Notes: a model not told the origin generated them from the letters alone. Counted from the whole stretch's first letter, positions 38,516 to 52,077 are shown. The stretch: 62,794 nucleotides of DNA, filler included, from Rhabdomonas costata (GCA_019059605.1; 49 parts of 49 records of this genome joined end to end with filler, not necessarily neighbours in it); one strand, 5' to 3'. Numbers and translations are program-made.

Positions 38516-39655
38516 CGCCTTGCCCCCGTGAAAGGGCTGGCCGCGGGGGAAGCTTTCCACCCACCTCTGCATCTCCCGCAGAATCACCACACGTACGTCC
38601 TCCGAGCCGTCATAGCCATACTCCTGGACAGAACCAGAGCAAGGGCCAGGGCAAGTCCAACAAAGAAGAGCCTCTCTTCAAGCAACCCCGCCTTTGACTG
38701 AGGGGGGGGGGGGCGGCGGCGCATGCTATTAGCGCAGTGTTTATAGCCTTAGACGCCCACAGCACTGCGACAGCACTGCTGTTTGGACGTTGTCAGAGAA
38801 CGGAAACTTTACATTCTTTTCGAAACCCATACTCCGCAGGCAACAATTACACACACCATTGCCCTTTGCCAAGGGTTCACTGTCTCAGTGGCTCAACCGG
38901 TGGGGCGGGGGTTAAAACGGCCCAGGAATTTCTCCCAAGCCAAAACCCGAGAAAACAATCACAACTCGTCAACCAGAGCAAAGAAAGCAAGGAGATTAAG
39001 CTCAAGATGAATATGGAGTCCGCGCCACTGACTGCGCACGTTCTGTGGATACGCGGATGTGTGGATCCGGAACAAAGCCCTGCTGACGCGAGCAACCCCC
39101 TCCTCCCACAAACCTTCTGCAAGGTCTTCGCGGTCTTAAACCGGGAAACCAGGTACATCATCGGCCCCCCGACGACCGATAAGGCATACTTCGACCAGAG
39201 CGGCACATTGGGCACCTGCACAACGGAAAGATTTCTCAAGCATTTCGATTTGGTTAAAGAATGGCCACACCTCATCATCCTCCACTCCACTGACTGGAAG
39301 CTCATGGGTTCCACCCATTACTTGGGAATCAAGCCTCGCACCTCGCAGGCACAAACAGTGTTGAACGGCAGATCAGTCTTCACAGGCCGGGAAACGTAGC
39401 TGTCATGCAGAGTATGCATCAGTTTCCAAAGGTGATCCGGTAACCCACCGCGGCAATTTATGAACACAAGTGATGAGCATAGCCAACAGCCCACTGCTTT
39501 TAGTTCAGTTAGTAGTTCAAAAATAGGTGGCCACCCTCCGAGCCCCCGTCTTTCGCCTTGCAACCTGGTAGATGTATTGGTAGGCATCCACGGCGCTGAG
39601 CAGGGTCCGGTTGACGTCCATTACAATATACCGGCAGAGCTGATTCCTCGCCCAC
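38516..39655 (-). CDS. PTGES2: Microsomal prostaglandin E synthase-2-like GST, exons about 39655-39565, 39215-39114 and 38623-38516
   Basis: WARNQLCRYIVMDVNRTLLSAVDAYQYIYQ|VPNVPLWSKYALSVVGGPMMYLVSRFKTAKTLQK|EYGYDGSEDVR..RWVESF..PFHGGKA is collinear with the mPGES-2 C-terminal domain. Both introns are phase-0 GT-AG. Confidence 0.8.
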
Positions 39656-42600
39656 ACCCACCCAAACACAACCCCCCACCCCAACCACACCCACCACANN
39701 NNNNNNNNNNNNNNNNNNNNNNNNNNNNNNNNNNNNNNNNNNTTAATTAATTAANNNNNNNNNNNNNNNNNNNNNNNNNNNNNNNNNNNNNNNNNNNNTG
39801 TGTTGAGTATGTTTGGGTTTGGGTGTTCTTCCTTCGGTGTCCTACGCAGATTGAAAGCAAAATCAACCCCGGGAAGCTGTGTCCTTCGCTTCGACCTTGC
39901 CCGAAGCCATTTTGGACACTGATTTCGGCCACAATGGCAGGCAGTGTGCAAGAAAGAAAATCGTCGCGATAACGCCATGACTGACAGGGGACAAACAGGG
40001 GAACTTTTTGAAGAGGAAAATGCCGGGTCACCAGGATGGGAGGCGTCATCAGTGCAGTGCGCACGAGTGGGAGGCGGCATCGGGACTCAATTTCTTCCTT
40101 TATCCTAATAAGGGCAAAGCAGAAGCACGCCCGGGGGTCTGCATACAACGGGCCTCCCGAAATGCTGCGTACCCCTTGGCGGCCCTACCTTTTCATTTTT
40201 AAATCTTGTGCCCCTTAACGGAGGGTATATTGACAGCACCAACAACGCACAATGTCCAAAATACCCAGACATTATCCCAACAAAGGTGTGCTGGATGGGC
40301 TTTGGGTTGCCTCAGTACCGTCCTCATTTTGCTCCTCGGGCCAAGAGCGCGAGTTCTCCCCGTTGCATTTGATTGGGTGAGTTGTAAGCCTGCCGGTGAT
40401 GGCTTCATGTCCTCACCAGCAAGGCTCTGGGGTTGAGGTGCGGTGGTATCTGTGGCCATTCGAGCGGTACACAGGGTGAGTTGTGCCTGTGCCGCCACAG
40501 AAAGGGGTGTTTATGTACTTTTTCAAATCTGTGGTAGGAGTGAAGTGGACGTTCCAAAAGGATGAAAACACGCCAATAAAAGGGTTTCTCGCCCCAGTGG
40601 GGAGGACACAGAGCTTCGTTCGCGCGTTTTCTGCACATAAGCCGGGAACACGTGGTGCAGGCGGAGGGTCGTGGCTTGTTGTCTGGTGAGCCGGCACCCC
40701 ACGTCTGACACAGTGCTGTAGGACCCTACGTGCGAGCACCCAGGTTGCGCGTATAGGTTAGGGGCAGCTTTTCTCTCCTTTATTACTCTCCTTCACGTGT
40801 GCATGTGTGTTTCCTTTCCGTCTTTTCATCGCACACGCATACACAACCGCGAACCGCGAGAAACCAACGCAACTGTCGCTAAGTCAAGAAACCCTTTCTT
40901 ACCGTGTGCCGTCACTCGTAAGCAACCGAACTACTTTCCCTGTCAAGAACCGCGGTAATGTCACACAAGAGCGTGCAAAAACNNNNNNNNNNNNNNNNNN
41001 NNNNNNNNNNNNNNNNNNNNNNNNNNTTAATTAATTAANNNNNNNNNNNNNNNNNNNNNNNNNNNNNNNNNNNNNNNNNNNNGGTGTTTGGGAACAATAT
41101 AGAATGCCGTTAGGCTACAAATTGGGGCAAGAGTGGACGAGAGGAGCGACATGGTTCCTGTGTTTCTTCACTTTCTTTGTGAAATACCCTTGTGTTCCTC
41201 TTGAGTCCCTACTGATGTTTGCGAAGTTGCATTTGTGACTATTTTGTGAACAGCCAGAAGACAACCAGCATTTCACACACACGCTTCACCTTTCAGATTA
41301 GTTCCGTGCTACGAACAGCACTCCTACCTCTTTCTTCTCCCCTTCGTCGCATGTCTGCTTCATCCACATGAGTAGTGGGCTGACCGGTAGCTTCTTGTGG
41401 GCCATCTCTGCACTCCATCAAGTACAGGTGGCGAGCCAGACGCTCATCCGAGAGAACCTAAGCATTCGCCAGGAGGAAATAAAATGCAACAGCTATAGCA
41501 GCTTGAAGCCAAATTTTCTTAAATGCCTGGACCGCATCCGGCTTGGGAGGCACATAGAAGGGAACAAAAAGAACACACTGCACTCTGCAAATGGTGTTGA
41601 CCTGCGAGGTTGGATCTCGAGGGGATGGCTGCGCACCATAAGGGGACCTCCGACCACTGAGAAAGAATCGAAAACCTTTTCCATTCACACTTCCGCACAA
41701 CCAAAAAGAAAGAAGTAATCGACCGAAAAAATGCGCGTTTGTTTTCTCTATCTTCACACTGTCCCACAAAAATTCCGTGAAAAATGTCTCTCTTGACACC
41801 TATGTTCCAAGCGCGGCCCATAAAGATCTGCATGGCGAAGTAGATGAGCACAAGTATGGATTGTGAGGATAGAGCAGAGCCAAAGCAGTGAAAGAACCTC
41901 CCCACCACTTCCCCAGTTAGTTGGAACTGGAGTCTCCGTTCCGATTTTTGGAGCACATCTACAATTCAATACCCCCCCCTACTAACCACATACTTTGATT
42001 GACAAGAATTTGGCAAAGAACTACAGGTCATGCACTCACACGTGCCCCGATCGTGCTCTTCTCTCCTCTTCATATATGAGGCAGGGAATCAAAATCAACG
42101 ACACAGGCGAACACTTTTGGGGGGAAGGCCCGGTGCTCATAAGAAGAGCAGCTCAGGGCAATAGTCCACGGAGAGACTTTTCATTGACTGGCAGAAAGAA
42201 ATAGAAGCTCTGATCGAACCTTGGACAATGATAAAAAAGAGTTCACAGACAGGCTGACACCAAGCNNNNNNNNNNNNNNNNNNNNNNNNNNNNNNNNNNN
42301 NNNNNNNNNTTAATTAATTAANNNNNNNNNNNNNNNNNNNNNNNNNNNNNNNNNNNNNNNNNNNNCTTGGTTGGGGAACGGGTGGGGCGGCCCTCATGCC
42401 GACCTCCTGCAAAAGGCTGCTGACAAGCTCATCTGTGGCGCTGGAACTAACGGCGGAGGGGACACTCAGTTCAGCTCCCGGGGGCTGAGCAAGCTGCATG
42501 CCATAGCTCTGCAGCTCAGCACGCTTTCCATCTGCCTAAAACAGAGACAAAGCAGCACGTCCACCCCGTAAAGGATAATATAAGGAGGAGGAGGGATGAT

Positions 42601-44932
42601 AAAGAGCCTGGATGCATTCGAAAAGGGATGGCAGTGATAAAAATCCCAATACCGCGAAATAAATGAAGAAAAATGAGAAAAATCCGAAAAATGAGAAAAA
42701 TGAGAAAAATCCACAATTCCAGTGCCCATTCCCCTGGTGGTCTGAGTAAGAAGCTCTCTTGGATGAGGCGAACTGGATTAAACTCTTCTTCGTATGGAAT
42801 GCCACTATCAGCGCAATTTCTTTACAAGTCCATCACACCACCTAGACCACGCAGACCACCTGACCCGTCTTCCTCTCCCTGTGAAAGCATTCCACACCTG
42901 CTCAAGCTCCAGGAGACCCTCATTGAGAAGCTCCTCCGCCGCAGAAGGGCTCTGTGGCAGCACTCGTCCGCCATCCTATCGCCTCGAAACGGGAAGGCCA
43001 CGGGGCCACGCGAACCAGTTTTTGGCGTAAAAACGTGGGCGAAATATTTGACAACAAAAAAGCCATCCTGCAAAAAGCTCTGAGGCAGCTCTGTTGGCTG
43101 AGTCAGCAGGTCTATTTCTAAACAGAGTTTTGCCACAATACCGCACTTTGGTTTGCGGAGTGGCAACTTCCTGAAAGGGTTCAATTTGCACCTTGCTAGA
43201 AGTAGCCTGTCTACACCTAAGGACCTCTGGGGTAACCACCAACGGCCCGACGTCCTGTGGCATCCTGCCTGTTCCGAGTCCTTCAGTGGTTGGGGTGACG
43301 GGGCCACGGATCCGGTGGAGCCCTCGCCCGAGCCGGACGGGACAGGAGAGACCTCCACCCGCCGGGTGGAGCCCACGGCAAAGGATGCCGGAAAGGTGGC
43401 TTCTAGGATCTCAAGGTCCCCCGAAGACGGCGTGGCGCGTTCCACCGCCTCGCAGAGGCAGCCGTGGAGCTCCGCCAAGGGAAGAGCGGGAAGTTTCCTC
43501 TGAAGAGCGGCACACCCAACCCACAAACCCCACCACCCCAACCCAACANNNNNNNNNNNNNNNNNNNNNNNNNNNNNNNNNNNNNNNNNNNNTTAATTAA
43601 TTAANNNNNNNNNNNNNNNNNNNNNNNNNNNNNNNNNNNNNNNNNNNNTTGTTGTGGTGGACGGAAAACCCAGCGGACAATACGTCCTCAATCCTGTAGT
43701 GGGCAATCATGGCACCTGCAGCACAACATTTCGTTGAGGCGGGGGATGGGGGCGATAGGGTCCGCGGTGCAGTTCTCGTATCATGTCAAGACATACACAT
43801 GGTTACCCGGACCAATGCTTTGAGGGACTGGTCGTAAAGACAAGCCCATGCGCCCGCCCTGGAAGCAGCATGCCGTAGTTGACTGCACGAATACATTCAT
43901 GCGAAAGTGTGCCGACCGAAGCACACAAGACCGCCACGAGATGAGGAAAAAATCTGCGCTCATTCCCAACAAGAGGTTCCGCTTGCCCCAAAGGCCCAAC
44001 TTCTATCCCGAAAGTAAAGCGGAAAACACAAAACGTAGCCTCCGGGGACCGAGACTTGCGCACGTCTGAAGTATACTGCACACCTGCTGGACGCAAACGG
44101 AAGCATGCATCCACGCTGTTAAAACGAAACACGACTCACGCACAGAGATGGAGATCAGAGGTGAGAGAAGCGCTGTGGAGAGAGTGGGCATGCTGGTGGC
44201 GCCTTCTCACACTCAACCCAGAAGTGGCGTGGGAGCGTGTCCCTTCTTGCGACTCCCAGAGGGCAGAAACGAAGGGAGCAGCCGCAGGGATGGAGAGAAA
44301 GGAAACAGACTGGCATAAAAGCACAAATATTGATTTTGCGACGGCATTGCGAAGAAAAAGATACGGCGTCTGAATTACCTGAAGTACGAAACGAGAGAGG
44401 TGCGTGACGATAAAAAGAAAGAAGGAGGCCGCAACCCTTCCATCGGAATCGGAGGGGAAAGCGGTAACTGCGCAGCACAAGCAAAAACGGACGAGGGTGG
44501 GGCGAGCTATGGAAGGCTCTCTTCTCTACTCTTTTGCCAGGCCGAAGAACAGTACGCATACAAGGGGGAAGCCTTGAGTAAGGATACCATGCAAGACTCG
44601 TCTCACCCCAGAGCAGCGAACACAAAGAATGAATGGAGGGGATGGGAGATTTGGGAAAGAAGGTTAAGAAAGTCCCGCGTCGTGCTTCGGCTCGAGAGAG
44701 GCAGGCGGAGCGGACGGAAAGACGGAAAGAGAGGAGGCTGACCGCAACGCATTCCTGGGCGGTTGCGGCTCTGGTCCTAGTTCGAAAAGAGACCGGCGGC
44801 GGAGTATGGGGCGAATATACACCCACCCCCCNNNNNNNNNNNNNNNNNNNNNNNNNNNNNNNNNNNNNNNNNNNNTTAATTAATTAANNNNNNNNNNNNN
44901 NNNNNNNNNNNNNNNNNNNNNNNNNNNNNNNG

Positions 44933-45855
44933 GTTGTGGTGATTCCCCGGAACACGGACGAGCCGTACAAGACTGTGAAGAAGTTTCTGACCACCGAGAT
45001 CGGCGTGCAGAGCCAGTTCGTGGTATCGAAGGCTTTGGTTGGATCGGTTCAGGAGTTCAGCGGTGGGATGACGGAAGAAATGCTGGAAATACGGGGGGGG
45101 GAGAGAGTACTGTTCCTGCCCAAGAGATGCTCGTCCGTTTAATACTTTGAGCCATGCCAAAGGGGAGGGCACGGTGGACTACCTTTTGTAAGCACCTTTC
45201 TTACCCCCTCCCATTCCCTTGCTTGCTGCTTCCCGCCCGCGCTTGTGTTTCCCTCGCCCTGGGTGGCAGAATTGGGTGGATTGTTGCCCTTCGGCTTCCC
45301 CGGCACCTCCGCTGTTGGGTATCCTGTGCCCTGTATTTTTTTGGATGTCCAGACGATCAACAACATTTCCAAGGACCCGCTGCTCAAGGCCACGAAAGTC
45401 CTGGTGCAGATGAACTGCAAGGCCGGGGGCGCCCCGTGGTCTGTGGAGGCGAAGCTCGTCAAACCGACGTATCGTGCCTGCAACCCCCCTTCCTCCTCCA
45501 TTCTCCCGCTCCCTTTTTTTGTCCTTTTCTTCGATTTTTGGGGATACTCTGAATTAATCTGGTCCCTTGCGTGATTAATTAGCTTGGTCCCCCCTCCCTG
45601 TGACGTTTGCCAAATGCCTTCTCGAACAGAAAGGGAAACAAGGGACATGGCTGTTTTTTTATTCTTGCTTGCACTGCTGCCGCACATGAATGGCTGTTGT
45701 TTTCGGGGGCGCCAAACAGAATGTTTGTGGGGCTGGCGATCCACCACGGGGGGGACCTGGAGAAGAAGGGCGGCAGCGTAGGGAGCGTTGTGGCCTCCTT
45801 GGACATCAACATCACCAAGTTCCACTCCTCGACCTTCCCGCTGCGGCTGAAGCAG
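44933..45855 (+). CDS. PIWI: PIWI-clade Argonaute, MID-PIWI region, exons to 45031, 45353-45468 and 45720-45855
   Basis: PYKTVKK..GVQSQFVVSK|TI..KATKVLVQMNCKAGGAPWSV..KPT|MFVGLAIHH..SVGSVVASLD..TKFHS. The MID pocket residues Y, K, Q, K are present. Confidence 0.92.
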
Positions 45856-47043
45856 GTGCCCCCCCCTCCCCTTCTTTTTCTGTGGTGGTTGCTCTTTCGT
45901 CTTACCCGAAATAAAGAGCAAAACGGGACGTCTTCAGTTGAATTCTGTACATGACAACATTGTATCAAAGCAAAGCGACTTCTCCTATCAGTAGGGCCTT
46001 CAAAGAAATAAGGAAGCGGGATTTCGGAAGACCTATCCGATCAGCAGGTGCCTTTGCACAAGGAAAACAGTTCGGGCAGTACGTCACCACCTGACTCTTT
46101 TTTAACTCTAAACGNNNNNNNNNNNNNNNNNNNNNNNNNNNNNNNNNNNNNNNNNNNNTTAATTAATTAANNNNNNNNNNNNNNNNNNNNNNNNNNNNNN
46201 NNNNNNNNNNNNNNGTGGGGGTTTGCACAATACTTGGAACGAAGCACCGCAAAAAGACTGAGGGGGCAGAGGGAAGGCACAAAGGGCAGCAATTTCGAGG
46301 GCTCACCGCCACGGTCAGCCCCAAGTGCATTTGGAAGGCAAAGAGAAAAGTGGAAATGAAAATCGATCCCCCAGGTACGCGCAGTGGGAGTAGGTCTCCA
46401 CCATTAAGCGGATGTACCTGCGAAGCTCAATGCACCACTGAGACAAATTAGGAAGTACCTCCACCATCTGGGCCATGACCGCGCTGTGTGAGACGCGAAC
46501 AACAAGTGCATAGGGAGAGGAAAAGTGCAAAACGACATTCTGTTAAGGTTCTGAAGGGTTCTGAAGATTTTACAACACCGGCAGCACCGTGGTGTGACAC
46601 AAAAACCGTGCACATGCCCCTCGACTTCAAATCTCAAGGTCCGCTAAACTTTCGCCGCTTCAAAAAGATAAAAGACGGATTATGATGCCTGGTGGTACGG
46701 CACGGGTGGGGCGTTAAACGAGGGGTCCAGCCACTGCGGGTTTCAGATTGATTTTAAGGAGTTGGTAGATGGTCACGCTCTCGAAACAGGTCATATGCTG
46801 GCGAAGGATAACCTTAGATGAGCGGAGGCGAGGCAAAAGGGTGGCCAAAGGGGCATTAACCGCATAATCCGGGTGGCAGTTATCCCCAACCCAACCCAGC
46901 CCCAAAGCGGGCAGCACCCGTCGAATCATTCAGAAAGGAGGAGAGGGAAGCAAGAACACAAGCAAACAATTCACAAAGAAGCACAACATACACTCACTCA
47001 CGCGCGCGCGCACACACACACTTCAAGGGAATGCTCACTGCTC

Positions 47044-47396
47044 GCCTTGCTGCAGCAGGGGTGTCGAGGCGATCGCCCCGGGGACACCCGTGATGTCCGC
47101 CCAAGGCTGACTGCATTTTGCCTGATCCGGGCCCCCGCTCCTGGAGCTATCCGGGGCTATTGCAGCACCCCCGGCGGACTCTGCCTTCAGGCTCCGCCGC
47201 AACGGCCGGGCGCTGGGCTGAGCGGGATCCACCGCGAGGGGCTGCTGCTGCTGCTGCTGCTGCTCTTCTTCTTCCTGAGGCAGAGACTGCGGCACCGGTG
47301 GCGAGGGTGAATCTGGAGTGGGGGTGAGGACGGGAGAGATCAGGGTGGATGTGGCAGCAGGGGGAACTTCCAGGACCACGGCCAGCTCGTAGACCT
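47044..47396 (-). CDS. Exon encoding a low-complexity Pro/Gln/Glu-rich region (poly-Q from a CAG run)
   Basis: Open GC-rich frame containing EEEEQQQQQQQ. Confidence 0.45.
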
Positions 47397-47989
47397 NNNN
47401 NNNNNNNNNNNNNNNNNNNNNNNNNNNNNNNNNNNNNNNNTTAATTAATTAANNNNNNNNNNNNNNNNNNNNNNNNNNNNNNNNNNNNNNNNNNNNCGGC
47501 TGGTGGATGCCAAAGGTTCACTGTAAATGCGGTGCTAATTGGAAGTGTGTGGTAGCAGCGGGCGGTTGAGAGGGGGTGCCTGTCAATAGGTATCTGTGAC
47601 AGAGATGTTACTGATCCAAAATCGGGAAGTGGGGATAAGAATTAGCCGATTAGTGATATAGATTTGGAGTCAAAAGTGAACGCCTAAATGCATGAACTGC
47701 AATACGTGACCGGTGATCGGTGCTTTAGGAATATGAATTCGAAGGAGCATGATGCGCGCATTGATTTTTGCACTAAGCCAGACGTCAAGCAGCCCAAACA
47801 TCGAACGCCCGCATGATTTTCCTTCACAGATCAATTCCAGACAGTTTTGCAGGCTTCCCTATTGCCTTCTGCTGGTCGGGGTAAGTGTGGATTACGTTGT
47901 CCGTTTCTGGTCTTATCCCTGTTTCAATGCTAATGCGACCCCAAACTCGGGGAAAGCGCGCCCGGCCTGCTTGGTTTTCGGGTGCCGAA

Positions 47990-48670
47990 AGTGGTCTCAT
48001 GGAAATCGACAGTGGGGAAGATGCAGCGGAAGACACCGCTGATGCGCTATTGCACAAGTCGTGTGCTCAAGAGCTGGAGGAATGCGAGGACGGCGAGCCT
48101 CCTGGGATCAGTCCGGAAGAGCTTTTGGAGATGATTAACACGCGGAGATATCCCACTCAGGTTTTTTTTAGTCTGCAGTCTTACAGATATGCATCCGCTC
48201 GTGGGATCGTAGCATGGCCCTGCAGAGAATTCAGTCCCCCCCCCTCCCCTCTTACGGCGAACCTATACCACACGTGAATTCCCTTTTGAAAGGGGTAACG
48301 ATTTTGTGCTGTATTTACCCAACAGGGATGTGGGCCGTGTTAATTTACGGTGAGTCCAGACCCCCTGTGAAAGAAAACTTGAAACATCGATGGTGATGCA
48401 ATCAAGCTGCACTGCCGATAGCTTTTAAGGGCCTTTTTGTGGGTGTTGGCATATGGGTGGTTCTCTTCTCTTTCGGCGAATGTTCCCCCATCTTTGCGTT
48501 CAGATATTGAGCATGGAAATCCGGAGGTACAACTCCTCCGCGCTCCGGTTCAGCATGAGGGCTCCACTGATGCCGCTTCCAAAGCAGTTTCCCCAATCCT
48601 GTGATGTGCACCGCGCTTTGGCCTCCACGATGCTGTCGCCCTTCCCAGAGGGAGCCATCGGGGACATCCC
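47990..48670 (+). CDS. Two exons (to 48160 and from 48504) of a hypothetical protein
   Basis: MEIDSGED...INTRRYPTQ|gt and ttcag|ILSMEIRRYNSSALRF..., a phase-0 join. Confidence 0.5.
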
Positions 48671-50665
48671 CCCCACAACNNNNNNNNNNNNNNNNNNNNN
48701 NNNNNNNNNNNNNNNNNNNNNNNTTAATTAATTAANNNNNNNNNNNNNNNNNNNNNNNNNNNNNNNNNNNNNNNNNNNNGGGTTTTTGGGGTCGATTTCA
48801 GTCCTTTTAAGCGTTGCGCCTGTCGTGCCTGTGGTGGTTATGGAGGGTTTCAATGAAAAAGGCGGAATTCACATGGCAGAGTTACATTTTGCCCCTCATT
48901 TTGTTGTAGTCTGTGTTTTTCAGGAGTTTCCTGTTGTTAATTCACTCACAGGTTGTCTCAAGTGTTGTGCTTCTTCATCGGTAAACACACAAGCCAATTT
49001 ATTCGCCAATTTGACCACTTTATGTGACAAACCTCGATTTAAATAGGGGTCATCACTATGGAAAAAATGGACAATAATCCACCTTCTCGCGTGCAAACGC
49101 TTCTCAGGTCATGTTCCCTCCATATTATAATTGGCTAGCAAAAATCGTTTTGAAAATACACCACTTCCTCCAACAATGGCGCCTGGGCCCATTTCTGACC
49201 CACTTTGCTTGGATTTTCCCAATTTTAGAACATTTTTCACCAAACATTCGACCCCCCTGCCACATTTTGGTCAATGTTGGATCGGAAACTATGGTGGTAG
49301 TATGTCATTCCAGGCCCTGCACTTTTTCGGGTCCAACACTGACCGGCGAGGGAAGGGGGTAACGAGATACCGATTATTGTCCAATTTAAGCCCCTTTTTA
49401 TTTCGAGTTTTGTCACATACATTATGCAAATTCTTTGTTTTCATCAGCTCTAAAGTACGTTCTTTATATATCGTTGTCCATTGAGCAGTCATCCAACCAC
49501 TTTTCTGGATATTTTTAGGCCACGTTGCATGTATGCGCACAGTGATCCATAATACAACGCTGAAATATTTAAATTCTCGTATTGCCACAAATACTCTTTC
49601 ATATAGGAAGTGAAGTGAAGTGAAAAAGCATAACTTGGTACATTTAGTAATCAACAAACTATGCAACATGCTGCACGTTTTTATAAATATAAAGTGTCTT
49701 GAAGACGTTCGAGTGTACTTATGCATCTAACGCATTGCTTATTCATCTGTGTGCACTCTAAAGTTTTCCAGTTAGTGTCTATAATATTCCAATGTTTCCA
49801 GCAAAGGTAACATATAATGCTTGTGAACCTGGTAATTTGGTTCTGCAATCTACAGCTTTCTAGACAGGAAACAACGATATTCAGCTTCACATCGTCACGT
49901 TTCTGCGACAGTGTAGCTCTAATATCCGCTAAATAAGCATCGCTGTGAAGCACCATATGCTTNNNNNNNNNNNNNNNNNNNNNNNNNNNNNNNNNNNNNN
50001 NNNNNNTTAATTAATTAANNNNNNNNNNNNNNNNNNNNNNNNNNNNNNNNNNNNNNNNNNNNTCGTGAAGGTTCATACTGTGTGTGGTGCGATTGTTGAG
50101 TGGAGTAAGCGATAGGGAAGGGTTATTTTATTGTCCTTTTCGAAATGTTGTTGTTTTTGTAGCTTTTGATCAAGGGCTCTTTTTGACCCTAAGGCACAGT
50201 CGTCCCCATGAAATTTACGAAGAAAAAACGAACTTTACGAGTCAAATTTGTGGGCTAGAATACGAATTTTACTAGTTTTGCTGATTTTAATGATAGATTT
50301 TCTAAAACTGCCTCTTTGTATGTGTTCGTTCTCCGCAGTAGGGTTCAGTATTTTTCCAATGGAAATGGAATGCACAAGGAAAGGGCCAATAGAGAGTTTT
50401 CGTTGAGGGGCCCGCTTTGGTGTGACTCAATTCCTGATTGGTTGAATCCTGGTGAGAGAAACGACATCGTTTATATCCTGAGCTGAAAGCCAAGACCGTG
50501 CGCTAATCTGGCCCCTCACAGGAGCTTCACAAGCCACTTGCTGAACAATCTAATCCACAACCCGCCCTTATGTCTCGACCAACTCGTACGACCCACTCTC
50601 CCTCTTCTTCACCTTCTGCAGGCCACACAGCCTTTGCAGACCCTATCTGTTGTTGCCCTGCGCAG

Positions 50666-51218
50666 GCCTATCCACCCGTTGCGGCGACAGATGGCACTTA
50701 TCAGGGCTCTCACCTGATGGCTGATGAGGCACGTCATGGCTTTGGAGCCATGGTGGGTGGCATGTCCCCCCCTCACCGGCGTTACTTTTTTTTTAAGTTC
50801 CTGATGTTCCTAATGTTATTATTATTCATTAATAGCAATGGAGCACCCGCGGGTTGGGAACATCGCACCGAAAAAACTTCTCTACGTATTACAGTTTGTG
50901 GGTTATACTTCTTTCCGTTTAAGTCCCTCATATCTAACCTTTTTCACGCTTTAAAAATGTGGTGTATATCTCTGTTCCTGGATTCTTGCACAGTGTTTTG
51001 GGAGATTCGTTGGCTGTGTTCTCCCCCCTTGACTCAAGACTGCACCCATTGCTCCGAATCTGATCTCACCGGCATCGATTTCTTATGCCTCTTATTTGTG
51101 TTTCTGAGCAATGGTGTGACCCTTGTCTTTGCCCCACGGATTGGGTTTGCTTCGGGGTGCAGGCCTGGGCAGATGGGCGGAAGTACTTCGGGGAGTTCCG
51201 GTTTGGCGCCGTGCAGGG
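50666..51218 (+). CDS. MORN-repeat protein, exons 50666-50752 and 51163-about 51218
   Basis: GTYQG..RHGFGAM|AWADGRKYFGEFRFGAVQG matches the MORN consensus across a GT-AG intron. Confidence 0.8.
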
Positions 51219-51562
51219 CTCCGGAACTCCCCGAAGTACTTCCACNNNNNNNNNNNNNNNNNNNNNNNNNNNNNNNNNNNNNNNNNNNNTTAATTAATTA
51301 ANNNNNNNNNNNNNNNNNNNNNNNNNNNNNNNNNNNNNNNNNNNNTTGTTTTGTGACCACTGGTCTCACTTTAGCTGCAACCGTACTTTGCATCTGCTGT
51401 GCACGTTGCCTTTTTTTTTGTTTTGCAATTTACCTTTTGAGGATGGAGATTTTGTTGCTTGCGGTTTTTCTGAACGCAAAAAAGCGGTCATTCGTAAGCG
51501 GGTGAGCGAGAGTGATTGGGGATTGATCGGCAGGTGCCCAGCTTGGTTTACTCTCGCTGTAG

Positions 51563-52077
51563 GTTTCCTGCTGTGGTCGCGGCAACCCTCAGCTGCGTCA
51601 GAACGGGCACTGAGCCGACCCTAGTCGCAGCCGCTGCGCTGGCCCGCAACATTGCGGTGAAGGTCCCCGCCACACTGCTGAACTCGTGTGCCCCCCCCCG
51701 CTCCCCATTACCATTACCGCTGAGAAGATGCAAACTTTCTCGCTTCTCGCGCGCGCAGATAACCTGTTCTCTTGTATTCATTCACTGCCGCAGGTCCATG
51801 GCGTTTCCTTGCCGCTTGTATGGTAGTCTGTGTCCAAAGGAGAGTTACCTTTTGGTTGCCAGCAGCTCTTCTCAGCCGACATCGTCATCCACCGTAAGTC
51901 GCTAAAGACATCGGAACCATCAGAAAGAAGCAAATGTTTAGGTGCTATGGTGGCTCTTCCCGTGCGGGCATTGTCATCAGGGAACCTGTGGTGTCCCTGC
52001 TTTGCGGCCTGTGCAGCCTCCTGCAGGATATCCTTCGAAAGGAGGCCAGCTCCCCCTACTCTCAGCGAAAGCAGCTG
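51563..52077 (+). CDS. Several short exons of a helical-repeat-like hypothetical protein
   Basis: tag|..LVAAAALARNIAVK|gt and cag|DILRKEASSPYSQRKQL|gtaag. Confidence 0.35.

Noticed and set aside
38737..39399. 220-aa plus-strand ORF as a nested novel gene
   Set aside because: It is the antisense shadow of an mPGES-2 exon and its introns and has no recognisable motifs.
6426..45855. ART, PIWI and nuclease as a linked Argonaute-type defence system
   Set aside because: They lie on different contigs joined artificially, and the PIWI is a spliced eukaryotic gene. No physical linkage can be inferred.
48780..49962. AT-rich contig as a gag relic or foreign DNA
   Set aside because: No sustained frame or diagnostic motif was found.
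50570..51301. Long ORF-track calls such as this 243-aa one as complete genes
   Set aside because: They read through introns or N spacers. Only the exon segments match known families.
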